Both the position numbers and the translations under genes were made by a program. Of a stretch of DNA of 64,000 bases, positions 51,891-61,337 are shown piece by piece (position 1 is the first letter of the stretch; every line of letters starts with the position of its first letter). This stretch comes from Pedobacter sp. GTDB taxonomy: Bacteria > Desulfobacterota > Desulfuromonadia > Desulfuromonadales > Syntrophotaleaceae. Under the pieces are notes generated by a model. It was given only the letters and a program-made list of their open reading frames with translations, searched no databases and had not been told where the DNA came from. Where the stretch lies: contig JBFWJC010000005.1 of the NCBI GenBank assembly GCA_050253415.1, forward strand, positions 96,001 to 160,000, written 5' to 3'.

Positions 51891-52379
51891 ATGTTGATGC
51901 GTAGAGACCGTGAAAAAATTGTGAGATTCGGCTTGGTCGGGGTTGCCAACACTTTTGTTGACTACGCTATACTCAACCTCATCGTTTTTTTTCTAAGCAT
52001 TTTAAATCCCGTTACCCTTGTTATATGTAACGTGGTGTCTTTCTTGGGAGCGAATGTTAACAGTTACTTTATGAACAAAAGATGGACCTTTGAAGATCGG
52101 GGCCATTGGTCCAAAAAGGAATATCTGGTTTTTCTTCTTTGTTCGCTTGGTGGACTCGCCATCAATTGCAGTGTGATTTTTTTTCTTTCCCATACATCCA
52201 TCAACCCTCAGTGGTCGTTTTTCGTTAATCTCAATGTGGCCAAGCTTTTAGCCACGGTCGCTAGTATGGTTTGGAATTTTTGTAGTTACCGTGCTTTTGT
52301 ATTTAAACTTTACCCATCAGAGGCTCAATCAATCGTAAATGCCTGCAATGACAGGTCTGCTTCGTCGGTTCGAACCTAA
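51891..52379 (+). CDS. GtrA-family lipid-linked sugar flippase
   Basis: RFGLVGVANTFVD, NSYFMNKRWTF and WNF..YR.FVF motifs; 4 TMs. Confidence 0.9.
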   Translation: MLMRRDREKIVRFGLVGVANTFVDYAILNLIVFFLSILNPVTLVICNVVSFLGANVNSYFMNKRWTFEDRGHWSKKEYLVFLLCSLGGLAINCSVIFFLSHTSINPQWSFFVNLNVAKLLATVASMVWNFCSYRAFVFKLYPSEAQSIVNACNDRSASSVRT

Positions 52380-52386
52380 GACTTTA

Positions 52387-52442
52387 TCTCCGTAAACAAA
52401 GAGGGGGTGGCTTGTGGGCCACCCCCTCTTTGTTTACGGAGA
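52387..52442. terminator. Bidirectional terminator with a perfect 25-bp stem
   Basis: tctccgtaaacaaagagggggtggc-ttgtgg-gccaccccctctttgtttacggaga between convergent genes. Confidence 0.8.
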
Positions 52443-52468
52443 CTTATTGTTGAGGCATAGAATTATTA

Positions 52469-52726
52469 TCAGCTTTTTTGCACGGCTTTATCGGTGAAAG
52501 CGGCGTATTCTGCCTGGTCAAGTTTGCCGTCCTGATTAGCATCGACTGTTGCGAAATCGGTTATCAGGGTCTCGCAGGAAGCCGCTTCTTCACTGGTAAT
52601 AAAACCGTTTTGGTCTGCATCAAGATACTCAAAGGTCGGGATGTTGGTTTGGCCAGCGGCAAATGCTGCATTGCTCAGCATGAAAACGGCGGCTACCATC
52701 AACAGGTTTACGGTCAGTTTTTTCAT
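52469..52726 (-). CDS. Secreted EF-hand protein
   Basis: Signal peptide AFA and two EF loops (DADQNGFITSEE, DANQDGKLDQAE). Confidence 0.85.
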   Translation of the reverse strand: MKKLTVNLLMVAAVFMLSNAAFAAGQTNIPTFEYLDADQNGFITSEEAASCETLITDFATVDANQDGKLDQAEYAAFTDKAVQKS

Positions 52727-52789
52727 GGTTTTCTCCTTTTACCATTTGAAGGGTTGTGATCGCCTCATGACGATCTCCTTCTTATAATC

Positions 52790-52804
52790 GCAACCATCGT
52801 GCCA
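52790..52804 (-). promoter_or_regulatory. Sigma54 -24/-12 promoter of the EF-hand gene
   Basis: The minus strand reads TGGCACG-ATGG-TTGC. Confidence 0.7.
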
Positions 52805-53041
52805 TCTAAAAAATAGTATTAAAATCAGTATGTTGAAGAATCTATTTAAATATTCTTAGCAGTTCAACCCGGGTTCTGTCTCCCGGTGGAAACATGGGCT
52901 TTTCTACATTCCATGTAATACATTAAGATTATTGAAAAAATTAAGGTCGTCTAAAGCCGACATCTTTCCGCCTGATAAATACCATTCACTAAATTCCGGT
53001 ACAGTCTGATGTACGCAAATGACTTCGAAAACACTCAAACC

Positions 53042-53060
53042 CTGAATGGTACGCGGATAA
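53042..53060. repeat. 19-bp direct repeat copy A (start of a degenerate palindromic element)
   Basis: ctgaatggtacgcggataa, identical to 57538-57556. Confidence 0.7.
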
Positions 53061-53151
53061 AATCGGATGATGCTGATCTTCGTCGATTTATATCAAACAA
53101 ATATTCGGTGTGATCAGTTTTGATCGTGCTGCTAACAACAGCTCTCTGCGT

Positions 53152-56100
53152 TCAATAAATACTTTTGAATTCATCATCCAGAAAACCAAGCCACATGACA
53201 TTGACCGTTGCAACTCCAAATTCCTCTTCCACCAAGCCTTTGATCAGATAGGGCCGGGGTGTGCCCAGTTTTCGGCAAAAACGGGCATAGGCGGCCGGAA
53301 AGAATGTCGCATCAAAAAGGGCTGTCGTATCTTCGAAGGTGACAAACTCCATCGGCTTGCCGTTTACTGTGCGAATCGGTTTTCCCGTAACCCACCATCC
53401 GACCAGCGTTACATGGCGTCCTGTCCACTGACTGAGTTCGGCGGCCGGAACAGCGCCGCAGGTCTGGATTGTATCTTTATATGGTTCGAGCGGATGATAC
53501 CCGGCGGGAAGGCCCAGGGTTTCCAACTCGTGGGTTCTCAGTGTCGCATCGTCGCAGGGGGGGAGGGGGGGAGTCGCCGTGGTTTCGGCAACAAAAAGTG
53601 TCCCGAGACCCATGCTGACTGGTTGCCGATGATGGTTAAGCAACTTCCAGATCAAACCGGGCCGGTTTCGGCGGCCTTCAAGGGTGTCGAAACAACCGGC
53701 CTTGATGAGCTGTTTGACATCGGAGACGGAAAGATGCGGCAGTCTCAAAATAAAATTATCCAGTCCGGTAAAAAGACCGTTGCCGGTGCGTTCTGCCAAA
53801 ATCGAGTTGATGGTTTGATGGGGTACGGAGGCAATCTGCATCAGACCGATGCGCAGTTCATCTCCCTTGCCGTGGTAGGCATAACCGCTGACATTGATAT
53901 CAGGCGACAGGATTCTCATGCCCAGGCGTCGCGCTTCGGACAGATAACCGAGGGTAGTGTAATAGCCGCCGCCGTTACTGATCACCGCCGCCAGGAATTC
54001 GGCCGGGTAGTTGGCTTTGAGCCAGGCAGCTTTGCAACTGACCAACGCATAGGAGGCCGAATGGGGTTTGCAGAAGGAATAACCTGCGAAGGACAACACC
54101 TGTTGCCAGGTTGCATTCAGCACCTGCGTCGTCACGCCGTTGTCAATACCTCCGCTGATAAAACGGTTCCGGAAGTCTTCGAGTGTTTGCCCTTTGTCTT
54201 TTTTGCTGATGATCTTGCGCAGTTTGTCCCCTTCGCTGGCACTGAACCCTGCCAGGGCCATGGCGATCTGAGTGATCTGTTCCTGATAGACGGCCAGGCC
54301 GTAGGTTTCGCCGAGGATTGGTTCCAGAAGTGGATGAAGATGACGCCAGGGTTTGCCGTGCATGCGGGCAACGAATTCGCGAATGAAGTTGTTGGCGGCC
54401 GGTCGGATGATGGACGATGCCATGACCAGATGCTCGAACAGGGTGTCTTCATCGGCTAACGTATGGTCCCGCCACATTTTTTTCAGCAACTGGCGGGTGG
54501 CCGGCGATTCGATATAAAAGCAGCCGATGGTGTCGCCGGCGCTGAGCAGGGCGCGAGTCTTGCGATCGGTTAACGGTTGCCAGTCGCGGTAATCGATGAC
54601 ATCGCCCGTATGGCGGGCCACAGCCGTCAAAGCATCGCGGATCACCGCCAGGGAGCGGTTGCCCAGAATGTCGATCTTGACCAGACCGGCGGCTTCGGTC
54701 TGGTCTTTTTCCCACTGGATCAGCGGACGGCCTTTGGCGGACACCTCCACCGGAACGTAACGGCGGATGTCGTCGGGGACGATTACCAACCCACCGCAGT
54801 GCTGGGCCAGATGCCGCAGTTGACCGTTGAGACGTGAAGCGATGGCGAGGATGTTTTGCCAGTCGGTACTGAGGGTTTCGCCACGAAACAACGGATGGTC
54901 TTCCATGGCCTTGATGCCGCGCTGCGTCGACCACTGATTGGCTAACCTGCGCGTGATCGTGTTGATCTCGTCGGCCGGCAGTCCGAACACTTTAGCGACC
55001 TCCCGCAGGGCGCCCCGGCTTTTGAAACCTACCTGGTTGGCCACCATGGCTGCGCATCTTCTCCCGTAGCGCTGGAAGGCAAAATCGAGCACTGCGTCCC
55101 GCTCGTCCCAGGGAAAATCGATGTCGATATCGGGGGGATCGACACGCCCTTCGTTGAGAAAACGCTCGAAAAACAGGTTGTAACGCAGCGGATCGACGTG
55201 GGTGATGCCGAGACAGTAAGCGACCAGCGAGGCTGCGGCACTGCCACGGCCGCAGGTGCGCGGCGATTGTTCCGCCAGTTCCTGCACCACCAGGAAGTAA
55301 TGGGCAAATCCCTTGTCCTGAATGATGCCCAGCTCCCTGGCCAACCGGGCTTCGATTTTGGCATTCATCTCGCCGTATCGCCACATCGCCCCCTGACGGG
55401 CCCGTTTTTCCAGTTCGTCTGCCGCCTGCCGGTCGGCCAGTCCCCTAAAACGGGGAAAAATAGTGGTGGAAAACGCCCAATCCGTCTGACAGGCGTCGGC
55501 GATGTTCGCCGCGTTTTGCAAAGCTTCCGGACAATGGGGGAAATGCGCCGCCAGAGCGTCCTTTGATAACAGAAAGTCAGTCGGTTTGGCGCAGTTGTCG
55601 GAATGCAGACGGGGCAGAGTGGTGTTGCCGGCAATCGCTCGCAGAATCCTGTGGATCTTCACATCCTCATCCTGCAGGAATACGGCACGGCTGGTCGCGA
55701 CAGGCGGCAGACCCATACGGCGCGCCAGAGCCATGGTTTTTTCCATGTCATGCCCGGGGGATAGCTCAACGAACAGCCCGTTGCGGGTTTGCCGTGCGAG
55801 ACTCTCCAGCAGTACGGCGTCGTCGCTGAGAATGATCAGACCGTTCCGCCAGGTTTTAAGCGCCTCGACAAGCTCAAAATGCTGATTCCTGTGCAATGCC
55901 GATAGAAGGTGGCACAAATTGGCGTAGCCATCCTGATCTTTGACCAGTAAAACGGCTCGATGCGCCCCGCTGACCGTTTCAGAGCCTATCAGTGGGGCGA
56001 TCCCGGCTTTTTGCGCCTCTTCGATAAATCGCGGGATGCCATACAGGCCGTTACGGTCGGTAAGCGCCAGGCGTGTCATGCCAGCCGCCCTTGCCGCCGT

Positions 56101-56175
56101 GCACAGTGCCGAAGGAGAGTGGATGCCCCAGTTGGGTGAGAAGGATGAATGGACGTGGAGGTGGGTAAAGTTCAT
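53152..56175 (-). CDS. dnaE2: Error-prone DNA polymerase III alpha (DnaE2/ImuC)
   Basis: PHP HLHVHS, GRGSAAASLV, PPDIDIDF, KIDILG, YSFCKPHS and an OB fold. The true start is the ATG at 56175; the ORF track extension is only the repeat. Confidence 0.9.
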   Translation of the reverse strand: MNFTHLHVHSSFSPNWGIHSPSALCTAARAAGMTRLALTDRNGLYGIPRFIEEAQKAGIAPLIGSETVSGAHRAVLLVKDQDGYANLCHLLSALHRNQHFELVEALKTWRNGLIILSDDAVLLESLARQTRNGLFVELSPGHDMEKTMALARRMGLPPVATSRAVFLQDEDVKIHRILRAIAGNTTLPRLHSDNCAKPTDFLLSKDALAAHFPHCPEALQNAANIADACQTDWAFSTTIFPRFRGLADRQAADELEKRARQGAMWRYGEMNAKIEARLARELGIIQDKGFAHYFLVVQELAEQSPRTCGRGSAAASLVAYCLGITHVDPLRYNLFFERFLNEGRVDPPDIDIDFPWDERDAVLDFAFQRYGRRCAAMVANQVGFKSRGALREVAKVFGLPADEINTITRRLANQWSTQRGIKAMEDHPLFRGETLSTDWQNILAIASRLNGQLRHLAQHCGGLVIVPDDIRRYVPVEVSAKGRPLIQWEKDQTEAAGLVKIDILGNRSLAVIRDALTAVARHTGDVIDYRDWQPLTDRKTRALLSAGDTIGCFYIESPATRQLLKKMWRDHTLADEDTLFEHLVMASSIIRPAANNFIREFVARMHGKPWRHLHPLLEPILGETYGLAVYQEQITQIAMALAGFSASEGDKLRKIISKKDKGQTLEDFRNRFISGGIDNGVTTQVLNATWQQVLSFAGYSFCKPHSASYALVSCKAAWLKANYPAEFLAAVISNGGGYYTTLGYLSEARRLGMRILSPDINVSGYAYHGKGDELRIGLMQIASVPHQTINSILAERTGNGLFTGLDNFILRLPHLSVSDVKQLIKAGCFDTLEGRRNRPGLIWKLLNHHRQPVSMGLGTLFVAETTATPPLPPCDDATLRTHELETLGLPAGYHPLEPYKDTIQTCGAVPAAELSQWTGRHVTLVGWWVTGKPIRTVNGKPMEFVTFEDTTALFDATFFPAAYARFCRKLGTPRPYLIKGLVEEEFGVATVNVMWLGFLDDEFKSIY

Positions 56176-56181
56176 AATTCC

Positions 56182-56311
56182 GTGACAAGTGACAAGTGAC
56201 AAGTGACAAGTGACAAGTGACAAGTGACAAGTGACAAGTGACAAGTGACAAGTGACAAGTGACAAGTGACAAGTGACAAGTGACAAGTGACAAGTGACAA
56301 GTGACAAGTGA
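56182..56311. repeat. Perfect heptamer tandem repeat (GTGACAA)x18 plus a partial unit
   Basis: 126 bp (56182-56307) of exact units followed by GTGA. Confidence 0.97.
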
Positions 56312-56327
56312 GCTAACTAATTACATG

Positions 56328-57512
56328 TCACCAATTACCAGTCACAGTGTTACTCCGATTCCGTCCCCATTGCACCGACTCATGACCGAACTGTCCGCGC
56401 AGCTGATCCAGAGCATTTTGCAGAGCCATATCTTCGATGTTTTGTTTTGGTGCGGAGAACAGATCCATCTGCTGTGCCAGGGGTGCAAGTCGGTCGCAAC
56501 CGAGTCGCAGGGCACGCAAACGCACACGGCGTTGCCAGGTGCGTTGCAATAAGCGATCGGCCGCTTCCATCAATTCCAGATCAAAAGTCTTCGGTACGGC
56601 AAAGTTGTCCGTCCGCTCCTCACTGAGACCATCGACATAACGCACCGTCAGGCGCAGACGGGTGGTACCTCGAGCGAGGGATCGCAGACGCAAACCGCAG
56701 TTTTCGGCAAGGCGCCCCAGTGCGGCACGTACCGCCGTATCGTCATTGTCGGCTTGCGGCAAAACAGTCTCTTCGACGATAGCCGAAGAGCGTCGCGGCG
56801 GACATACCGGGCTGGGGTCGATACCGCAGGACCGTTGGTGCAGCAGAGCGGCAAAGGGCCCGCAGACCGGCTCAAGCTGGGCGACCGACAAAACGGCGAT
56901 CTGTTCGATACGCCGCAGGTTGAGATCTTCCAGTAAACGGCCGGTACGCACGCTGCCAACCCCCGGTAGGGTCGATACGGTCAACGGCCCGATAAAAAAG
57001 CTCTCGCTGCCGCGTAACACGTCGCAGATGCCGGGCCGATCCAGATAATCGGCAGCGATACGCGCCACCAGTTTGTTGCCGGCCACGCCGCAGGTCGCTG
57101 GCAGGCGTAGCCGCTTAACGATGTCCCGCTCCATGCGGGCCGCTACATCCGGCGCGCTTCCAAGCAGGCGGGAGCTGCCAGTCAGATCGAGGAAAAGCCG
57201 GCCGTCGCTGCCGGGTTCCCACAGAGGGCTGCAACACAAGGCCAGTTCCGCGAACACCCGCATGGCACGATCGGCCAATTCCGGTTGCGGCGGCAGCAAC
57301 TGCAGGGCGGGACAGCATTTGCGGGCGATATGCACGCTCATGCCGGATTGCACACCATCGCCGCGCGCTTCTGCAGAAACGCAACGCAGCAGGGCGCGGT
57401 CACTCACCCCGGCGGCAATGGCCACAGGACGGGTTTTGAGGGTCGGATCGACGGCGCGTGCCAACGCGACATCAAAGTCGGGGACAGCTACATGCAGAAT
57501 GTCGCGGGTCAT
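56328..57512 (-). CDS. imuB: ImuB-like catalytically inactive Y-family polymerase
   Basis: Y-family features ([17 protein letters not shown]), but the catalytic motifs are degenerate ([16 protein letters not shown]). Beta-clamp motif QMDLF is present. Confidence 0.78.
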   Translation of the reverse strand: MTRDILHVAVPDFDVALARAVDPTLKTRPVAIAAGVSDRALLRCVSAEARGDGVQSGMSVHIARKCCPALQLLPPQPELADRAMRVFAELALCCSPLWEPGSDGRLFLDLTGSSRLLGSAPDVAARMERDIVKRLRLPATCGVAGNKLVARIAADYLDRPGICDVLRGSESFFIGPLTVSTLPGVGSVRTGRLLEDLNLRRIEQIAVLSVAQLEPVCGPFAALLHQRSCGIDPSPVCPPRRSSAIVEETVLPQADNDDTAVRAALGRLAENCGLRLRSLARGTTRLRLTVRYVDGLSEERTDNFAVPKTFDLELMEAADRLLQRTWQRRVRLRALRLGCDRLAPLAQQMDLFSAPKQNIEDMALQNALDQLRGQFGHESVQWGRNRSNTVTGNW

Positions 57513-57537
57513 GCTCAATGGTTACTCTGGTTAAAGA

Positions 57538-57654
57538 CTGAATGGTACGCGGATAACATTTGATGCGCGCGAATATTCGCGGATTAACCCAAGATCAGGT
57601 TTTTGGTTAAATCATATTTTTATCCAGCCGTTTCCGCGTCATCCGCGTGCTATT
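57538..57654. repeat. Imperfect palindromic intergenic element (~115 bp)
   Basis: tggtacgcggat...atccgcgtgcta arms with repeated cgcgga units. It shares 19 bp with 53042-53060. Confidence 0.6.
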
Positions 57655-57664
57655 GATTTTGCTT

Positions 57665-58264
57665 TTAGTAATGGCGGATGACTCCGACCACCACTCCCTC
57701 GATGCGAAAAGATTCCAGGTCGCTAACGATAATGGGTTGCATGGACGGGTTGGCCGGATGCAGCTCGACACGATCCCCGCGGCGATAGAGACGCTTGACC
57801 GTTGCCTCGTTGTCGAGCAGGGCGACAACCGTCTGACCATGCTCGGCCGTGGCCTGTTTGCGTACCACTACATAATCGCCATCGATAATGCCGTCGCCGA
57901 TCATGGAGTCGCCGGCCACGCGCAGCACGAAATGCTCGCCGCTGCCGACCATGGAGGGCGGCACCTCAAGTGTGTCGGGGGTTTCGATGGCCTCGATAGG
58001 CTTGCCGGCCGCTACGGTACCGGCAAGCGGTAACTTCATGTCCCGCTCCGGGGTAGCGGTCAACCGCAGGCTGCGGCGGGCGTTCCAGTCGCGATCAAGC
58101 AGCCCCTCGCGCTCCAGACGCACCAGGTAGTTCTGTACCGTACCCAGAGAACTGAAACCGAAAGCCCGCGCGATCTCTTGCTGAGAGGGCGCAAAACCCT
58201 GCTCGTCAATATGGCGGGCGATGTAGTCGTAAACCTGTTTTTGCTTGGGAGTAAGGGGACTCAT
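57665..58264 (-). CDS. lexA: SOS repressor LexA
   Basis: LTPKQ..GFAPSQQEIA wHTH, VAAG cleavage site, GDSM catalytic Ser and ATVK catalytic Lys. Confidence 0.95.
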   Translation of the reverse strand: MSPLTPKQKQVYDYIARHIDEQGFAPSQQEIARAFGFSSLGTVQNYLVRLEREGLLDRDWNARRSLRLTATPERDMKLPLAGTVAAGKPIEAIETPDTLEVPPSMVGSGEHFVLRVAGDSMIGDGIIDGDYVVVRKQATAEHGQTVVALLDNEATVKRLYRRGDRVELHPANPSMQPIIVSDLESFRIEGVVVGVIRHY

Positions 58265-58295
58265 ACGGCCTCGTCTGTGAAGTTAATCAGTTTGC

Positions 58296-58328
58296 CGTAA
58301 GTGTATGCGTAAGTTTTGCGTAAGTCAA
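58296..58328 (-). promoter_or_regulatory. lexA sigma70 promoter overlapped by three ACTTACG direct repeats
   Basis: The minus strand reads TTGACT-17-TACACT. CGTAAGT occurs at 58296, 58308 and 58319. Confidence 0.7.
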
Positions 58329-58493
58329 GGGGAGAGGTTGCTGAATGCTGCGGCGAAAGCACAGGGTGTCGGGCTTGCGCACTATGGACAAATAAGGCAT
58401 TTATCCGTTGCCTTGACACCGACATGGAAGGCTCTTATCCTGTTGCTGTGCTCTTCCCGTTTTTTGAAAATTGCCACCAAAGGGGCTTTTCCA

Positions 58494-59642
58494 ATGAAAT
58501 ATCGAAAGCTTGGACGTTCCGGATGTGAAGTCTCGATTCTTGGTCTCGGCTGCATGCGCCTGCCGGTTATTGGCGGCGATGAAGCACGGATCGATGAATC
58601 CAAAGCAGACTGGATGCTTAAAGCTGCCATCGAGAAGGGTGTCAACTACCTGGATACCGCTTATCCCTACCACAAGGGCGAGAGCGAAAAATTTCTCGGC
58701 CGGGCTTTGTGTGGAGGTCTGCGCAACAAGGTGCATCTGGCGACCAAACTGCCGTCCTGGGCGGTGGAGACAACAGCTGATTTCGACCGTTTCCTCAACG
58801 AGCAATTAGAGCGATTGCAGACCGAGCACATCGACTTTTATCTGTTGCATGCCCTTAAGGCCGATTGGTGGGAGAAGCTGTATCATCTGGGCGTTCTCGA
58901 ATTTCTCGATCGGGCGGTCCGCGATGGCCGCATCGGTGCTGCCGGGTTTTCTTTCCATGACGAACTGCCCCTTTTTAAACAGATCGTCGATGCTTATGAT
59001 TGGAGTTTTTGCCAGATTCAGTACAACTATATGGACGAGCAGATCCAGGCCGGCAGGGAAGGGCTGGATTACGCCGCCGAGCGTGGCCTGGGCGTGGTGG
59101 TCATGGAACCGTTGCGCGGCGGTCATCTGGCCCGCGAGAGCGCGCCTGACATCCAGAGTTTGTGGGATCACGCGCCGATCCGTCGCACTCCGGCGGAATG
59201 GGCGTTGCGCTGGGTCTGGGATCACCCCGGTGTCACCTCGGTGCTGAGCGGCATGAACGAACTCGCACAGATCGAGGAAAACTGCCGGATCGCCGACCAG
59301 GCAGCTCCCCACTCGCTATCCCCGCAGGAGCAGGCCCTGATCGGTCAGGTTCGCGATACCCTGCGCCAGCGCATCAAAGTACCCTGTACCGCTTGCGGCT
59401 ATTGTATGCCGTGTCCGGCCGGGGTCAACATCCCGCGCATCTTCAACCTTTATAACGATCGCTTTATTTACGGCGATGCGGGATTCCCCCATCGCATGTA
59501 TACCATCACCATGAACGCCGCCGAACTCGGCAGCAATTGCACCCGTTGCGGCTTGTGCGAAAAGCATTGCCCCCAGCACATCGCCATCATCGATATGCTG
59601 GAGGAAACCCACCGGACTCTCTCGGAAAATCCGGATGAGTGA
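58494..59642 (+). CDS. Aldo/keto reductase with C-terminal 4Fe-4S domain
   Basis: LGLGCMRLP, DTAYPYH, ATKLP, VMEPLRGG, CTACGYCMPCP and CTRCGLCEKHCPQ motifs. Confidence 0.92.
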   Translation: MKYRKLGRSGCEVSILGLGCMRLPVIGGDEARIDESKADWMLKAAIEKGVNYLDTAYPYHKGESEKFLGRALCGGLRNKVHLATKLPSWAVETTADFDRFLNEQLERLQTEHIDFYLLHALKADWWEKLYHLGVLEFLDRAVRDGRIGAAGFSFHDELPLFKQIVDAYDWSFCQIQYNYMDEQIQAGREGLDYAAERGLGVVVMEPLRGGHLARESAPDIQSLWDHAPIRRTPAEWALRWVWDHPGVTSVLSGMNELAQIEENCRIADQAAPHSLSPQEQALIGQVRDTLRQRIKVPCTACGYCMPCPAGVNIPRIFNLYNDRFIYGDAGFPHRMYTITMNAAELGSNCTRCGLCEKHCPQHIAIIDMLEETHRTLSENPDE

Positions 59643-59662
59643 TGAAAACGGGTTCTCAGTAT

Positions 59663-59696
59663 AAAAAAAGCCCCACGGCATAGCGTGGGGCTTTTT
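59663..59696. terminator. Bidirectional terminator
   Basis: aaaaaagccccacg-gcatag-cgtggggcttttt. Confidence 0.8.
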
Positions 59697-59719
59697 GGAT
59701 AACTCAGGGTAAATCCCTG

Positions 59720-59920
59720 CTAGAGTTTTTGCACGTTTTCCGCCTGGGGACCTTTCGGGCCTTTGACGACGTCAAAGCTGACGCGATCCCCTTCATTGAG
59801 GGTTTTGAACCCCTCGCCCTGGATCGCGGAAAAGTGAACAAACACGTCCGGCCCGTTGTCCTGCTCGATGAAACCGAACCCTTTTGCCTCATTAAACCAT
59901 TTGACTGTTCCCTCTGCCAA
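59720..59920 (-). CDS. cspA: Cold-shock protein
   Basis: [15 protein letters not shown] and VFVHFSAI motifs; TTG start with an aggag RBS. Confidence 0.93.
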   Translation of the reverse strand: MAEGTVKWFNEAKGFGFIEQDNGPDVFVHFSAIQGEGFKTLNEGDRVSFDVVKGPKGPQAENVQKL

Positions 59921-60186
59921 TTTGACTCTCCTTGTTCCGATGCGGGTTTTGGGTGATTCAGACACCGGAAAAATATATCAAAAATCTGACGGGTTCCAAG
60001 CGCACATCGCTAAAAATCGTGAAATAGAAAATGCGCTGGTTGAAGAGGATTATTGATGCCATAAAGAGAAGCTGTAATGCGGAAGGACAATCTTTTCCAA
60101 AAGAATGGCTGTACGGTAGATTGCGATGTTGGAAGTCTGTGCGATAGGGGGAATTTACGGCTCTATCCCTACCGCACTATTAGACT

Positions 60187-61095
60187 TCATTTCTGATGAT
60201 TATTCAGGCCCAGGCACAGGAAAATCTGCCGGGTAGCGTCGGAGTTGTTGAGGGTATAAAAATGGATGCCGCGTACACCGTTATCGAGCAGATCGCGACA
60301 TTGTTCGGTAGCCCAGTGGATACCGATGCGGCGTACCGATTCCGAATCATCCTGGCAGCGTTCAACCGCACGCAACAACGGGGCAGGAAAGCGTGCGCCG
60401 GCGGCCAGGTCGGCCATGCGTTTCATACCCTCGACAGAGGCGATAGGCATGATGCCGGCGATAATCGGCACTTTGATGCCGGCCAGTTCGCAGCGCTCGC
60501 GAAAATCGTAAAAGTCGCGGTTGTCAAAGAACAACTGGGTGCAGATATAGTCGGCACCTTCATCGACTTTGGCCTTGAGGTGATCCATTTCCAGCAAACG
60601 ATTGGGTGTGGCGGGATGCCCTTCGGGGAAACCGGCTACGCCGATACCGAAACCGCGTCGATCGGGATGAATCCCCTCGTCGTTGAACTTGCGGATGAAA
60701 CGCACCAGATCGGCTGCGTGGGGGAAGGCATCCTGGGCACGGTTGTAATGAGGCATGTCCGGCGGTGGGTCTCCGGCCAGCGCCAGAATATTGCTGATCC
60801 CGGCTTCCGCGTAGCGTTCAAGAATCTGGCGAATTTCCTGTTCGGGACTACAGACGCAGGTAAGATGCGGCGTGGGATCGAGCGAGCTATTCTCTTTGAT
60901 ACGCATGACCAGATCATGCGTCCGCTCGCGGGTTGTACCGCCGGCACCGTAGGTAACTGAGGTGAAGTGCGGATTGAGAGTTTCCAGTTGACGAATGGTT
61001 TCGTACAGACGCTCGGCGGCTTTATCCGTTTTCGGAGGGAAAAACTCAAAAGAAAACGTGGTGGCGTATCGGGCGAAGATATCTTTAATATGCAT
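60187..61095 (-). CDS. metF: 5,10-methylenetetrahydrofolate reductase
   Basis: SFEFFPPK, SVTYGAGG, HLTC, TQLFFD and HFYTLN motifs. Confidence 0.95.
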   Translation of the reverse strand: MHIKDIFARYATTFSFEFFPPKTDKAAERLYETIRQLETLNPHFTSVTYGAGGTTRERTHDLVMRIKENSSLDPTPHLTCVCSPEQEIRQILERYAEAGISNILALAGDPPPDMPHYNRAQDAFPHAADLVRFIRKFNDEGIHPDRRGFGIGVAGFPEGHPATPNRLLEMDHLKAKVDEGADYICTQLFFDNRDFYDFRERCELAGIKVPIIAGIMPIASVEGMKRMADLAAGARFPAPLLRAVERCQDDSESVRRIGIHWATEQCRDLLDNGVRGIHFYTLNNSDATRQIFLCLGLNNHQK

Positions 61096-61337
61096 AATCA
61101 AAAGGTTCCGGGACGATATTGGTTTATATAATCATGAATGAATAGACCATATTATCGTCTGGGTACCACCAAGGTCAACCATTCATTCCTGGTTTTTGCT
61201 TGCGTGGAGGCAGGGGATAGCGACTGTTTTTGTCTTTTAAAAAGATAAATGGAAATAGCATGTCTCTGCCCGTTGCTGCGCCTGAACGGGGTGCCGCAAC
61301 GGGCTAAATCATATAAACCTTTTAGGCTATGGGGACG

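Noticed and set aside
53110..54459. 449-aa plus-strand ORF and other long antisense ORFs (5587-6423, 47938-48786, 60196-60960, 63116-63961)
   Set aside because: They are shadows of well-supported opposite-strand genes and show no recognisable motifs.
56176..56307. N-terminal SLVTCHL-repeat extension of DnaE2 in the ORF track
   Set aside because: It is just the translated heptamer array; the PHP domain starts at ATG 56175.
56182..56311. Possible CRISPR array
   Set aside because: It is a contiguous 7-bp tandem repeat with no spacers and no cas genes nearby.
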